DNA of 64,000 nt from an uncultured delta proteobacterium (GTDB lineage: Bacteria; Myxococcota; Myxococcia; Myxococcales; Anaeromyxobacteraceae). The notes under the pieces are model-generated. The model saw only the letters and a list, made by a program, of their open reading frames with translations. It searched no databases and had not been told where the DNA came from. The stretch lies in assembly GCA_963845515.1 (NCBI GenBank), contig CAWJSR010000049.1, positions 32,001-96,000 of the forward strand, in the 5' to 3' direction. Shown in pieces: positions 8,425-19,257 of this stretch (position 1 is its first letter; each line of letters begins with the position of its first letter). The translations under genes and the position numbers were made by a program.

Positions 8425-10753
8425 TCAGCCGGCGTGGCCGACGGCGCGGAGGCGCCGTCCGGCGCGCTGCCGGCCGTCGATCGCCTCGCGAACCAGCCTG
8501 CGCAGCTCGCTGGGAGCCACCGGCTTGAGGGCGAAGCGGTCGACGCCGAGGGACGCCGCCGTCTCCGGGGTCATCCGCTCGCTGTAGCCGGTGCAGAGGA
8601 TGACCGGCAGGTCCGGGCGCAGCGCGCGGGCCCGGCGGACGAGCTCCTCGCCGGTGACGCCGGGCATGGTCATGTCGGTGACGATCGCGTCCCAGTGGTC
8701 GGGAGCGTCCTCGAAGGCGCGGATCGCGTCGCGGCTGTCGGTGAACGCGCTGGCCGCGTAGCCTCCCCGCGCGAGCGCGCGCTGGGTCACCTCGGTGAGG
8801 AGCGGCTCGTCGTCCACGAGCAGCACCCGCTCGTCTCCACCGTTCAGCGGCGCCTCCGCCGGCGCGGCCTGTGCGGCCGTCGCCCCGTCGGCGATCGGGA
8901 GGTGCACGTCGAAGGTGGACCCGAAGCCCGGCGCGCTGCGGACCGTCAGGTACCCGCCGCTCGCCTTGACGATGCCGTGCACCACGGCGAGCCCCATGCC
9001 GGCCCCCTCTCCCTCGCGGCGCGTCGTGAAGAAGGGCTCGAAGATCCGCTCCTGGACCTCGCGAGGCATGCCGCACCCGGAGTCGCGGACCGAGAGCCTG
9101 GCGAAGCGCTGCGGGGCGACGCCCTCCACCCGGGCCTCGACCGGATCGAAGTGGGTCTCCGCGATCTCCACCTCGAGCACGCCGCCATGCTCCTTCATCG
9201 CGAGCGCCGCGTTGGTGCAGAGGTTGACGAGGATCTGGTGGAGCTGCGCCGGGTCTGCCATCACGACGGCGTCGCAGTCGAGCCGCGACCTCACCTCGAT
9301 GGTCGAGGGGAGCGACGCGCGCAGGAGCTTGAGCGCCTCCATCGCGACGAGGCGAGGCTGGACGGAGACGCGCTCCTGCGAGGCCTGCCGGCTGAAGGCC
9401 AGGATCTGGCGGACCAGCTCGGCGGCGCGCCGCCCGGCCTGGCGGACGACCTCCATGTCCTCGCGCACCTCCTCGGAGAGGGTCTCGCTCTTCAGGCAGA
9501 ACTCGGTGTAGCCGATGATCGCGCCCAGGATGTTGTTGAAGTCGTGCGCGATCCCGCCTGCGAGGGTGCCGATGGCCTCCAGCCTCTGGGACCTGGCGAG
9601 CCGCTCGTGCAGCGCGTCGCGCTCGGTCGCGGCGACCCGCTGTGCCGTGATGTCCGTCACCGTGAACGAGAGCCCCTGCGTCCAGTCGCACGGATCGAGC
9701 GCTCGCCACTGCAGCAGGACGTCGATGGCTGCACCGTCCTTGCGGCGCCAGACCGTCTCCACGGCGCGGGCGCCCTCGACGTGCTCTCCCAGGTGGAGCT
9801 GCTCCCCGACGCGGAGGTACTCGTCCTCGTCGCGATAGAGGCTGCGGAGCTCCATCCCCGCGAGCTCCGCCGGCGGCGAAGCCGGTGATCTCGCAGAACC
9901 GCTCGTTCACCCGCCGCAGCGTCCGGTCGACCGACAGCGCGACGCCCACCGGGGTGGCGTCGAAGAGGTGCTGCAGCAGGGCGGCGCTGTCCCTCGCGGC
10001 CTTCTCGGCGGCGACGACGGCACGCACCGCATCCTCGCGGCGCACGATCTCCTCGCGCAGCAGCGCGTTGGAGTCGACCAGCGACGCTTCGCCGAAGCGG
10101 ACGCGCGCCGCCATCCTGCCGAAGCTCCGGACGATCGAGGAGAACTCGCGGTAGTGGAGCTCGGGCACCTCCTCGGGGTAGCGGCCGAAGGAGAGCCGGT
10201 CGAGCAGCGAGACGAGCTGCCCGAGCGGCCTGCGGAGCGTCCGCTGGATGAGCAGCCCCGAGGCGAGCAGCGCCACGATCACCGCGATCGCCGTGGCCGC
10301 GCTGAGCTCGAGCGACGTGAGGAGCGCTCCCCAGTAGCTGCTGCGCCCGACCCCCAGCTCGACGCGGCCGAGGAGCTTCCCGCCGTGCTGGATGGGCGCG
10401 GCGGCCCCGATGTTGTCACCGGTGCGCTCGCCGTGGGTGAAGAGGACGCCGCCGTGGGCATCGGAGACGCGGAGCCACGCCACGGCGTCGGCGTGCGAGA
10501 ACGCGCGGCACGCCAGCGCCAGGCTCTCGAGGTCGCCGGCCTCGAGCGGCTCCACGAAGCCGTCGGCGAGGTCGCGCGCGTACTCCGACGTGCGCCGCTC
10601 CCATGAGCGGCGCTCCTGCCGCGCGACGAGCAGCGTGCCGGTCAAGCTGGTCAGGGCGAAGACGACCGCCACGGACACCACGAGGTGCGCCGTGAGCCGA
10701 CCGGCCAGGGTCCGTTCGCCCCGTGCTTTGGTGGGAGAGGTCTCGGCGTTCAT
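8425..10753 (-). CDS. Hybrid sensor histidine kinase (TM-HAMP-PAS-HisKA-HATPase-REC), one apparent +1 frameshift near 9870
   Basis: GTLAGGIAHDFNN, NLCTNA, FEPFFTT, GMGLAVV, REC VDDE/TDMTMP. The N-terminal half is in a different frame and joins at ...FCEITGFAA/ELAGMELRSLY. Confidence 0.85.
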
Positions 10754-11012
10754 GTGGGCGGACAATAGGACTGCAAAGTCGGGACCTTCCGCTGCCCGCG
10801 ACCCCTCGGGGTGAAGGGGGGAATGGATCGCCGGGGAGGCCGCCGCGCCGGCGGTGCGGCGTAACGTCGCAGCCGGGCTACAGTATTCCGCCCGTCCCGC
10901 CAGGCAGCTTCAGCGGCGAGGTCGTCACGTCAGGTGAAGTGCCTTGGCGGTCGTCCGATGAGGCAGCGCCGACCCGGGGTTCCGGCCACTGGACCGGTCC
11001 GCGGCCCGTACG

Positions 11013-11654
11013 TCAGTCCTCGCCCGGCGCAGGGGGCGCGTAGCGCGACACCAGGAGGCTGCCCAGGATCCCGTCCCGGAAGGCGCCGAGGATCGCGCTG
11101 CAGCCGAAGCCGTAGACCGGCCCCTTCTCGCCGGCGCTGGTCTGCTCGAGCCCGCAGCACTCCTTCCCGAAGGCGCCCCCTTCGTCCACCTCGAGCGGGC
11201 CGAGGATCTTCTCGACGTCCGCCCGCGACATGCCGGGGCGCAGCCCCGCCTCCAGCGCGCCGGGGATCGCGCTCGTCGTCCCGCAGGAGCCGATCGAGTC
11301 GGGATCGGTCGCCGCGAGCGCGAGCGAGCGGATGGGCTGGTCCGCGACCCGCCCGTTGGCGAAGAGGGCGAAGCCCCTGGCCCCGGGCAGCAGCCAGCAG
11401 GCCCGCTCGCCCCCGGCGGCCAGCGGGGGGGGTCCGAGCAGCTCCAGCACCTCGCCGAACGTGGTCGTCCCCGCCTCGATCGGGCCGATCCGGCGGAGCG
11501 AGCTGGGCGACACCTTGCACACGTCGGGAGCGGCGGCGGCGGTGAGGGCCGACTCGGTCGGAGCGTCGGGCGGCGGTCCCGGACGCGGCCCGAGGGCGCA
11601 CGCGGCGGCGGCGAACAGAGCGGCTGAGAGCGGCAGGCGGGGAAGGAGCTCCAC
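11013..11654 (-). CDS. Hypothetical Cys-containing lipoprotein
   Basis: Hydrophobic leader ending AAAAC, host-like codon usage; start position uncertain. Confidence 0.6.
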   Translation of the reverse strand: MELLPRLPLSAALFAAAACALGPRPGPPPDAPTESALTAAAAPDVCKVSPSSLRRIGPIEAGTTTFGEVLELLGPPPLAAGGERACWLLPGARGFALFANGRVADQPIRSLALAATDPDSIGSCGTTSAIPGALEAGLRPGMSRADVEKILGPLEVDEGGAFGKECCGLEQTSAGEKGPVYGFGCSAILGAFRDGILGSLLVSRYAPPAPGED

Positions 11655-11754
11655 GGCCGGGACGCTACTTGCGGAGCGGCAGAGTCGCAAGGTCGAGTGA
11701 CACGCAGCGTGGCCTCAGGTTGTTGCCGAAACCGGGTGGCGCGCCTACCTTGGC

Positions 11755-12570
11755 GTGGGCCCTCCCTTGCCGCGCAACCTGCTCGCACTTCCCCGCGCCA
11801 TCGGTGGCGCCGTCGTGGACTCGGCGGCCTACGCCGTCCGGATCTCCGCGATCATCGGGTACGCGCTCCACTCCCTCACGGTCGCGCGGGGGCGGCTGCG
11901 GCCGGTCGTCCGCGCCGTGCTCTACCGCCAGATCCTCTTCACTGGCGTCCAGGCGATCCCCTTCACGGCGCTCATCGCGGGGCTCGTCGCGATGATCGTC
12001 GTGGTCCAGGCGCGGCTGGGCGGCGGGGTCGCCGAGGGCGGCGTCGTGGGCCGGCTGCTCGTCGTCGCCATCGTCCGCGAGCTGGGGCCGCTCGTGGTCG
12101 GCACGATCGTCGTGGCGCGCTCCTGCAGCGCGATCGCCGCGGAGCTCGGGAACATGCGCGTGGGGCGCGAGATCGACTCGCTCGTCGCGATGGGGGTCGA
12201 TCCGTTCGAGTACCTCGTCCTCCCGCGGCTCACCGGCGTGGCGGTCGCGGTGATGTGCCTCACCGTGGTCTTCGTCACGGTCTCGCTCGGCGCCGGCGCC
12301 GGGCTCTCGGCGCTGCTCACGGAGAGGACCGGCGCAGGAGAGATCATGCGGCTCGTCGGCGAGAACCTGCAGCCGGTCGACCACCTCGTGGTCCTGGCCA
12401 AGACCCTCGTCCCCGGGCTGCTGATGGCGGCCATCAGCTGCCACGAGGGGCTCTCAGCCGCGGGCAGCGTGACGGCGGTCCCGCCCGCCGTGACGGCGGC
12501 GGTGGTCCGCTCCCTCGCCGCGGTCTTCGTCTGGGACTCGCTCGTGACCGCGCTGGTCTACATCGCATGA
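11755..12570 (+). CDS. mlaE: MlaE-family ABC transporter permease
   Basis: VRELGPL, RS.SAIAAELGNMRV.REIDSL..MGVDP..YLVLPR, AVPPAVTAAVVRS. Confidence 0.9.
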   Translation: MGPPLPRNLLALPRAIGGAVVDSAAYAVRISAIIGYALHSLTVARGRLRPVVRAVLYRQILFTGVQAIPFTALIAGLVAMIVVVQARLGGGVAEGGVVGRLLVVAIVRELGPLVVGTIVVARSCSAIAAELGNMRVGREIDSLVAMGVDPFEYLVLPRLTGVAVAVMCLTVVFVTVSLGAGAGLSALLTERTGAGEIMRLVGENLQPVDHLVVLAKTLVPGLLMAAISCHEGLSAAGSVTAVPPAVTAAVVRSLAAVFVWDSLVTALVYIA

Positions 12571-13229
12571 CGGCGGTGCTCCAGATCGCTGGACTCTCCC
12601 TGGACGGTCGCGCCGGCCCCGGGCTGGTCCGCGGGTTCGACCTCGTCGTCGAGCCCGGCGAGCGGGTCGTCGTCGCGGGCCCGGTGGAGGCGACCAGCGG
12701 GATCCTGCGCGCGGTGATGGGGCTCGAGACGCCGGCCGTCGGGACGGTCCGGCTCCTCGGCGAGGGGCTCGCCGCGCTGCCACGCCACGACGCCGAGGCG
12801 CTCCTCGCGAAGGTGGGGTACGCGGCGAGCGTCGGCGCCCTCGTGTCCAACCTGCCCCTGCGCGACAACCTCCTCCTGCCCCTGCGCTACCACCGGCGGC
12901 TCGGCTCGACCGAGGTGCCCGAGGCGGCGTCACGGGCGGCCGCCCGCTTCGGCCTCGGCGCGATCCCGCTCGCGATCCCTCCTGTCGTCTCCGTCCTGAT
13001 GCGCCGGCGCGTCACGCTCGCGCGCGCCACCATCCTCGAACCCGTCCTGCTCGTCGTCGACGATCCGACCGAGGATCTCGACGCGGCTGGCGCCGACGAG
13101 ATCGCGGACCGGCTCGCCGCGGCTGCGGCGGAGCTCGGCGCCGCCGTCCTCGCCGCGTCGAACGACTTCCGCGTCGGCGCCGCCCTGCGCGCGCGCACCC
13201 TCCTCGTCACCCAAACGGTCGAGCCATGA
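12567..13229 (+). CDS. MlaF-like ABC ATP-binding domain protein with degenerate Walker A and signature
   Basis: ABC fold residues (GLE.P..G.VRLLG, LVSNL.LRDNLLLPLRYH, RRRVTLARA, LLVVDDPT), but Walker A reads GPVEATSG; ATGA overlap with mlaE. Confidence 0.75.
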   Translation: MTAVLQIAGLSLDGRAGPGLVRGFDLVVEPGERVVVAGPVEATSGILRAVMGLETPAVGTVRLLGEGLAALPRHDAEALLAKVGYAASVGALVSNLPLRDNLLLPLRYHRRLGSTEVPEAASRAAARFGLGAIPLAIPPVVSVLMRRRVTLARATILEPVLLVVDDPTEDLDAAGADEIADRLAAAAAELGAAVLAASNDFRVGAALRARTLLVTQTVEP

Positions 13230-14291
13230 GCCTCAACGAGCCCTTCAAGTTCCGCTACGTGCGCGAGATCGTCGGCGTCTTCGTCCTCGGCTCCTTCGCG
13301 GTCGCGCTGGTCGGCCTGCTCGCGATCGGCACGGGGCGCCGCTGGTTCGAGCGGAAGGCCGACCTCCGCGCCGTCTTCCAGGCCAAGAAGGCGGCGGTCA
13401 TCCACAAGGGCGTCCCGGTCCGGCTCGCCGGGGAGCTGGTGGGCGAGGTGACCGCGATCCGGCTGGAGGGGATCGAGCTGAGCCACGTGACGCTGCGGGT
13501 GAACTCCGCGGCGCTGGAGGTGCTCCGGACCGACTCGAAGGCCATCCTGCGGGTCCCGATCGCGGGGCTCGTCGGCGAGCTGGCGATCGAGCTGACGCCT
13601 GGGACGGAGTCCGCCCCGTTCCCGCCCGGCGCCGAGCTCCCCGGGATCTCCCAGGGCGACCTCTTCGGACAGCTCGAGGACGTGGCGGCGGTCCTGGCGG
13701 TCGAGGTGCCGGCCATCACGAAGCAGGTCCGCATCCTGCTGGAGAACGGCAACGCCCTCGCTGGCCAGGCCGTCGAGGGGCGCGCCGGCACCCACGCGTC
13801 GGCGCTCCTCGCCAACACGTCGAGGCTCGTCGGCGCAGCTGGAGCGCGAGAAGGTCGCGGTGCGCGCCGCCGCCATCCTCGGAGAGCTCGACACCCTCCT
13901 GGCGTCGGTCAACGCGGGCGAGGGGACGGTCGGCCACCTCGTGAAGGATCCCGCGGTGCACGATCGGATCGCCGCGCTCCTCGCTGACCTCCACGCGAGC
14001 TGGGTCGACATCGCGAAGATCCTCGAGGGCACCGGGAAGCTGGCGAGCGACGCCGGGGTGCTGACCGCCCAGGTGAAGAAGCGGGCGGACTCCATCCCGG
14101 CGATGATGGACCAGACCGAGCGGCTCCTCCTCCGGACCAACCAGACTCTGGAGGGGATGCAGCGCCACTGGCTGCTCCGCGGCTCGATCGACGAGCCAGG
14201 CCCGCCGCCGGTGCCGCCCGCGGTGCTCGATACGCCGCCGCCGGACGACGAGCCGGCGGGCGGCGTGAAGAGCGAAGGAGGTGCGCCGTGA
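13226..14291 (+). CDS. mlaD: MlaD/MCE-family protein, apparent +1 frameshift near 13833
   Basis: VGVFVL TM anchor, GVPVRLAGELVGEV, GLVGELAIELTPG; helical C-terminus (GEGTVGHLVKD, HWLLRG) continues in the next frame. Confidence 0.8.
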
Positions 14292-14305
14292 GCACCCCGA
14301 GATGG

Positions 14306-14377
14306 CCCCCTCACCCAGCCTCTCCCCCGCGGGGGCGGGGGAGAGGTGCATCACGACGGCGCGGGAGCGGTGAGGGG
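14306..14377. repeat. GC-rich palindromic (REP-like) element, copy 1
   Basis: CCCCCTCACCCAGCCTCTCCCCCGCGGGGGCGGGGGAGAGG...GGTGAGGGG; similar copies at 22236, 53345 and 58910. Confidence 0.8.
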
Positions 14378-14392
14378 CCGGCCTCCCGGTCA

Positions 14393-15358
14393 GTGAGCGA
14401 CCTCGCCGCGCGGCCGCTCGCCCTCGCCCTCGCGCTGCTCGCCGCCTGCTCGTCGACGCCGCGCCCGACCCCAGCGGTCGAGCGCGCCAGCGTCCATCGC
14501 GCGTCGGGGGACGAGGCGCGCTCGATGGGCGATCCGGCGGCCGCGGCCTACGCCTACTCGCGCGCCCTCGCCGCCGCGAGGGCCGCCGACGATCGCGAGA
14601 TGGCGGCGGACTCGGGCTACCGGCTCGGGACCGCGCTGCTCGCCGCGGGCCAGCCGATCGAGGCGGCGGTCCAGCTGGAGGATGCCGCGGCGGTCGCGCT
14701 CCGGATCGGCGACAAGGCGCTTGCCGCCCGCGCGCTGCTCGCGCTCGGCCGGGCGAGGCAGGACGCCCGCGCAGGAGACCTCCGCGGCGCGCTCGAGTCC
14801 GCCTTCGCGCTCGCGGAGGAGGCGCGGGAGCCCTCGCTCGCCGCGCTGGCCCAGCTCGGGCTCGGCGCGACCGGACCGGAGGGAGAGGCCGAGGGCAGGT
14901 ACGCGCGGGCCGAGAAGCTCGCCGGAGGGGATCCCTCCGTCGCCGGGCCGCTGGCGCTCAACCGCGCGCGCCTGGCGGAGCGCCGGGGTGACCTCCCCCG
15001 CGCTGCGCCGCTCTTCCAGGTCGCAGCCGAGAGGTACCGGGACCTGGAAGACTCGACCGGGCTCTACCTGGCCCTCTCGGGAGCGGCGCGCGCCGCCGAC
15101 GCGGAGGGGGGCGCGGAGCGAGCCGCGGCCGCCGCGGATCTCCATCGTCGGGCAGCGGACGCTGCGGTCTTCGCCGGCAGGAGCGGGCAGGGCGCGCAGG
15201 AGCTGCGGCTGGCGGCGGCGGCCCACCGCCGCGCCGGCGACGCAGCGGAGGCGGCGCGGCGCGAGGCCGAGGCCCGCAGGCTCTCGGAGGAGGCCGCGGT
15301 CGAGCAGCGCGCCCTCTCCCGGAATCCTCCCCTCTCCCCCACCGGGGGTGAGGAATGA
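14393..15358 (+). CDS. TPR-like Ala-rich lipoprotein in the Mla operon
   Basis: Lipobox LLAAC followed by helical repeats; an alternative start at 14288 is coupled to the mlaD stop. Confidence 0.7.
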   Translation: MSDLAARPLALALALLAACSSTPRPTPAVERASVHRASGDEARSMGDPAAAAYAYSRALAAARAADDREMAADSGYRLGTALLAAGQPIEAAVQLEDAAAVALRIGDKALAARALLALGRARQDARAGDLRGALESAFALAEEAREPSLAALAQLGLGATGPEGEAEGRYARAEKLAGGDPSVAGPLALNRARLAERRGDLPRAAPLFQVAAERYRDLEDSTGLYLALSGAARAADAEGGAERAAAAADLHRRAADAAVFAGRSGQGAQELRLAAAAHRRAGDAAEAARREAEARRLSEEAAVEQRALSRNPPLSPTGGEE

Positions 15359-15369
15359 GGTGGGAGGGC
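15326..15369. repeat. REP-like element, degenerate copy overlapping the end of the TPR gene
   Basis: CCTCCCCTCTCCCCCACCGGGGGTGAGG...GGTGGGAGGG; core nearly identical to the copy at 58910. Confidence 0.6.
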
Positions 15370-15384
15370 GGTTAGATCTACAGG

Positions 15385-15597
15385 GTGCCGCCCGCCCCGA
15401 TCGCAGTGATCCTCCCCGCCTGCACCGGCTGCGGCGCCTGCGTCGCGCCGTGCCCCGCGCGTGCGGTCACGCTGGAGAGCGAGCAGCCCGGGGGCTTCGG
15501 CGCGAAGCGCGCGGTCGTGGAACCCGCGCGCTGCACGGGCTGCGGGGAGTGCGTCCCCGCATGCCCGCACGCCGCCCTCGTGATGGGGAGCCGGTGA
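15385..15597 (+). CDS. 2x[4Fe-4S] ferredoxin
   Basis: Two CxxCxxCxxxCP motifs (CTGCGACVAPCP, CTGCGECVPACP). Confidence 0.85.
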   Translation: MPPAPIAVILPACTGCGACVAPCPARAVTLESEQPGGFGAKRAVVEPARCTGCGECVPACPHAALVMGSR

Positions 15598-15626
15598 ACG
15601 CTCCCTCGGCACGTCGGCGTCGCTGA

Positions 15627-17228
15627 CTAGACGGCCCGCAGCACCTTGGCGGCCGTATTGCGGGAACCCCACGCTGGCGCCTGGTGCTGCGCCGACTGGG
15701 GGCGCTGGGGCCGGGCGCCCCCCTCCAGCTTGAAGAAGTTCATGAGCTCGCTGAGCGCCTCGGCCTGCGCCGCCATCTCCTCGGCGGTCGACGCGAGCTC
15801 CTCGGACGTGCCCGCGTTGCGCCCAGTGACCTCGTCGACGGCCTTCATGGCCTGGTTGATCTGGGCGACGCCGGCGGCCTGCTGCTGGCTCGCGGCCGCG
15901 ACCTCCTGGACCAGGTCGGCGGTCTTCTGGATCGACGGCACCAGCTCGTCCAGGAGCACGCGGGACCGGTTGGCGACGGCGACGCTCGCCCCCGCCAGCC
16001 CGCCGATCTCGCCCGCCGCCTTCTGGGCGCGCTCGGCCAGCTTCCGGACCTCGGCCGCGACCACGGCGAAGCCGCGCCCCTGGTCGCCGGCGCGCGCCGC
16101 CTCGATGGCGGCGTTCAGGGCGAGGAGGTTGGTCTGGTAGGCGATCTCGTCGATGATCGAGATCTTCTCGGCGATGACGTTCATCGCCGCCACCGTCTCG
16201 GCGACTGCCTTCCCGCCCTCGGTGGCGTCGTGCGCCCCCTTGCGCGCCATCTCGTCGGTGACCTGGCTGATCTTCGCGTTCCGGTCGATCGAGGCGTTCA
16301 TCTCCTCGAGGGCCGCGGTGATGGCGTCGACGCTGGACGAGAGCTCGCCGGTCCCCTGGGAGAGCCCCTGTGAGGCGTGGGAGACCTGGCTGGATGCGTG
16401 GCTGAGCGCCTCGGACCCGGTCCGCACCTCGCCGATGATCTGGGAGAGCTCGCCGACGAGGTCCGCCTGCGCCTCGAGGAGCCGCCCCACCTCGTCACGG
16501 CCTCCCTGCGTGACCTTCACCGTGAGGTCGCCACGCGCGAGCCTGCGCGCGACCGCCATCGCCTCGCCGATCGGGATCGAGAGGGCGCGCGCGATGAGCC
16601 AGCCGAGGAGACCGACGGCGAGCGCGATGATCCCCGTGACGACGGCCAGCTTCCGCAGCTCCGCGGAGTAGGCGGCGTCGACGTCGTCGAGGTAGATGCC
16701 GGAGCCGACCACCCAGCCCCAGGGCGCGTAGCCCTTCACGTACGAGGTCTTGGGCACGGGCTGCCCGTGGCCAGGCTTCGGCCACATGTAGTCGACGAAC
16801 CCCTCGCCCTTGCGCCGGACCTCCTGGACGAAGGCGACGAAGAGCGCCTTGCCGTTGGGGTCCCGGTATTCGGAGACGTTCTGCCCGTCGAGCTCGGGCT
16901 TGATCGGGTGCATCACGACGCGCGGCTCCATGTCGTTCACCCAGAAGTACTCGGTGCCCGCGTACCGGAGCTTGGAGACGGAGGCGAGGGCGGCGCGCTT
17001 CGCGTCCTCGTCCGTCATGCGCCCCGCGGCGGCCTCGGCGCCGAAGTTCGCGATCACGCCGTATGCGACCTCGACGAGGTGGCGCGTCTTGACCTGCCGG
17101 TCCTCGAGCATCTCGCGCTTCAGGGCCGTGAGGACCTGCCCGGTGGAGAGGAGCAGGCCGACGAGCCCGATCGTGACGAGGACGACGAGCTTGCTGCGTG
17201 TGGACAGGTTGCGGAGAAAGGCGGTCAT
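15627..17228 (-). CDS. Methyl-accepting chemotaxis protein with Cache sensor domain
   Basis: [72 protein letters not shown]. Confidence 0.95.
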   Translation of the reverse strand: MTAFLRNLSTRSKLVVLVTIGLVGLLLSTGQVLTALKREMLEDRQVKTRHLVEVAYGVIANFGAEAAAGRMTDEDAKRAALASVSKLRYAGTEYFWVNDMEPRVVMHPIKPELDGQNVSEYRDPNGKALFVAFVQEVRRKGEGFVDYMWPKPGHGQPVPKTSYVKGYAPWGWVVGSGIYLDDVDAAYSAELRKLAVVTGIIALAVGLLGWLIARALSIPIGEAMAVARRLARGDLTVKVTQGGRDEVGRLLEAQADLVGELSQIIGEVRTGSEALSHASSQVSHASQGLSQGTGELSSSVDAITAALEEMNASIDRNAKISQVTDEMARKGAHDATEGGKAVAETVAAMNVIAEKISIIDEIAYQTNLLALNAAIEAARAGDQGRGFAVVAAEVRKLAERAQKAAGEIGGLAGASVAVANRSRVLLDELVPSIQKTADLVQEVAAASQQQAAGVAQINQAMKAVDEVTGRNAGTSEELASTAEEMAAQAEALSELMNFFKLEGGARPQRPQSAQHQAPAWGSRNTAAKVLRAV

Positions 17229-17272
17229 CCCGGTGGCTCCCGACGGTGGCTGCGGCAGAATGCCACGACCTC

Positions 17273-17288
17273 TGCAAGGGGCGGGCCG
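17273..17288 (-). promoter_or_regulatory. Putative sigma-54 promoter of the MCP gene
   Basis: Minus strand CGGCCCG-CCCC-TTGCA (GG-N10-GC), about 45 nt upstream of the ATG. Confidence 0.4.
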
Positions 17289-17414
17289 CAAGGCTTGCGC
17301 GACAATTCAAGGGGATCGCGCAGGGTTCCGGCTGCACGGGGTACAGGCACACCCATGGGGCCTGACCCGCCAACAGCCGGTAAACAGGGGCGTAAGGGAC
17401 TACTTTAGGACTAC

Positions 17415-18737
17415 TCAGCTCGCCGGCGGGATGATCCTCGCCAGGAAGCTGCCCTTCTTGACCACCGGGAGGGCGTCCACCTCCGCAAGTGCTGCGCTCA
17501 TCTCGGCAAAGCGCGCCTCGTGGGTCGTGATGACCACCGGGACCCCCTCGCCGGACTCGTCCGCGCGGTCGCGCTGCGTCACGGAGCCGATCGAGATGCC
17601 GTGCTTGCCCAGGATGCCGGTGATGGCGGAGAGGACGCCCGGCTGGTCGAGCGCGGTGACGCGGACGTAGAACTCGCTCGACGCCATGCCGGGGGAGCGG
17701 AGGCTGCTCGCCTCGCCGTTCCGGATCCGGGCGCCGCTCACCGGCATGCGCGAGACCGCACCGGAGAGGATGTCGCGCGCGCAGGAGACGAGGTCCGCCA
17801 CCACGGCGCCGCCGGTCGGCAGCGCTCCGGCTCCGCGCCCGAAGTAGAGCGAGGGCCCGAGGTTGTCGTCCTCCAGGTAGACGGCGTTGAACACGCCGGT
17901 GACCGCCGCGAGCGGGTGGGAGGCGGGGACGAGCGCCGGGTGCACCCAGGCCTCGACCTCGCTGCCGTGCCGGGAGGCCGAGGCGAGGAGCTTGATCCGG
18001 TAGCCGAGGTTGTTCGCGGTGACGAGGTCGAGCGGGGTCACGCCGGTGATCCCGCAGCGGGCGATGTCGTCGGGCGAGACGCTGAGGTCGAAGCAGAGGT
18101 TGACCAGGATCGCCAGCTTCTGGGCCGCGTCGATCCCCTCGACGTCCAGCTCAGGCTTGGCCTCGGCGAAGCCGAGGGCCTGCGCGTCGGCGAGGATCTC
18201 CCTGAACGGCTTCTGCTCGAGCGCCATGCGCGTGAGGATGTAGTTGCACGTGCCGTTGATGATCCCGGTGGCGCGCTGGATCCGGTTGGCCACCAGCCCC
18301 TGCCGGATGGCGTGGATCAGCGGGATGCCGCCGGCGACGCTCGCCTCGAAGCCCAGGCTCACCCGCTTCTGCTCGGCCTTGCCGGCGATCTCGTCCCAGT
18401 GCGTGGAGAGGAGCGCCTTGTTGGCGGTGACGACGTGCTTGCCGTTCTCCATCGCGGCCAGGATCAGGCTCCGGGCGGGCTCGATGCCGCCGATCAGCTC
18501 GACGATCACCTGGATCTCGGGGTCGTTGACGACCGCCTTCGCGTCGGTGGTGAAGACCGAAGGGGGAAGTCCGAGCTTCGCGGCACGCTCGGGGCTCAGG
18601 TCGGCGACCTTCGTGATCTCGAAGGGGACGCCCACGCGCCGCTCGATGAGGGCGCCGTTCCTCTGGAGGATCTCCACCGTGCCCGCGCCGATGTTTCCGA
18701 GCCCGAGGATGCCGACCTTGATCGCCTTGTCGCTCAT
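17415..18737 (-). CDS. hom: Homoserine dehydrogenase (ACT-domain type)
   Basis: GILGLGNIG, HVVTANKA, FEASVAGGIP, GIINGTCNYIL, GAGALPT, C-terminal ACT (DQPGVLSAI). Confidence 0.95.
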   Translation of the reverse strand: MSDKAIKVGILGLGNIGAGTVEILQRNGALIERRVGVPFEITKVADLSPERAAKLGLPPSVFTTDAKAVVNDPEIQVIVELIGGIEPARSLILAAMENGKHVVTANKALLSTHWDEIAGKAEQKRVSLGFEASVAGGIPLIHAIRQGLVANRIQRATGIINGTCNYILTRMALEQKPFREILADAQALGFAEAKPELDVEGIDAAQKLAILVNLCFDLSVSPDDIARCGITGVTPLDLVTANNLGYRIKLLASASRHGSEVEAWVHPALVPASHPLAAVTGVFNAVYLEDDNLGPSLYFGRGAGALPTGGAVVADLVSCARDILSGAVSRMPVSGARIRNGEASSLRSPGMASSEFYVRVTALDQPGVLSAITGILGKHGISIGSVTQRDRADESGEGVPVVITTHEARFAEMSAALAEVDALPVVKKGSFLARIIPPAS

Positions 18738-18922
18738 GGATGTCCCTTCGAAGACTGGGTCCGCCCGTGCGTGGCGGCCGAACGCCTGTTGAACCACGGC
18801 AGGGGCTCCGGCTTCCAGCACTAACGGAGAGCGCTGCGACGCAATGCCACCCGGGGGGCATTGAATGCCCGGGGCGGCCCCACGTCGATCGACTCGGAAG
18901 GCCACTCTCACCGGAGACAGAC

Positions 18923-19201
18923 ATGCTTCGACTCATCGCCGCCGCCCTCGCCAGCTTCGCCATCGCCGCCGCAGCGTCCGCCGCGCCTCCTCCGAAGACC
19001 GTGACCTTCGCCGCGAAGTCCGGCGTGGTCACCTACGAGCACGACGCGCACGCGAAGCGGGCGGGCTCCTGCAAGGTCTGCCACCCCGCCGCGCCCGAGA
19101 AGCTCGCGGGGAAGGACGCCGCGCACAAGCTCTGCCTCGACTGCCACAAGGAGAAGAAGGCCGGCCCGACCAAGTGCGGCGACTGCCACAAGAAGGGCTA
19201 G
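18923..19201 (+). CDS. Triheme cytochrome c7 (PpcA family)
   Basis: Signal peptide, VTYEHDAH, three CxxCH motifs (CKVCH, CLDCH, CGDCH), KDAAH, GPTKC; GGAG RBS. Confidence 0.9.
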   Translation: MLRLIAAALASFAIAAAASAAPPPKTVTFAAKSGVVTYEHDAHAKRAGSCKVCHPAAPEKLAGKDAAHKLCLDCHKEKKAGPTKCGDCHKKG

Positions 19202-19257
19202 CAGCTAGCGAAGCGAGCGCGCCGCCGGGGCCCGTCCCTCCCCGGCGGCGCTGCTCG

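Noticed and set aside
17290..17414. Cyclic-dinucleotide (GEMM) riboswitch upstream of the MCP gene
   Set aside because: The GGCAAAC...GAAA...GACGCAAA core was not found on either strand.
18738..18922. SAM, lysine or threonine-attenuator element upstream of hom
   Set aside because: No recognisable aptamer consensus, leader peptide or terminator U-tract.
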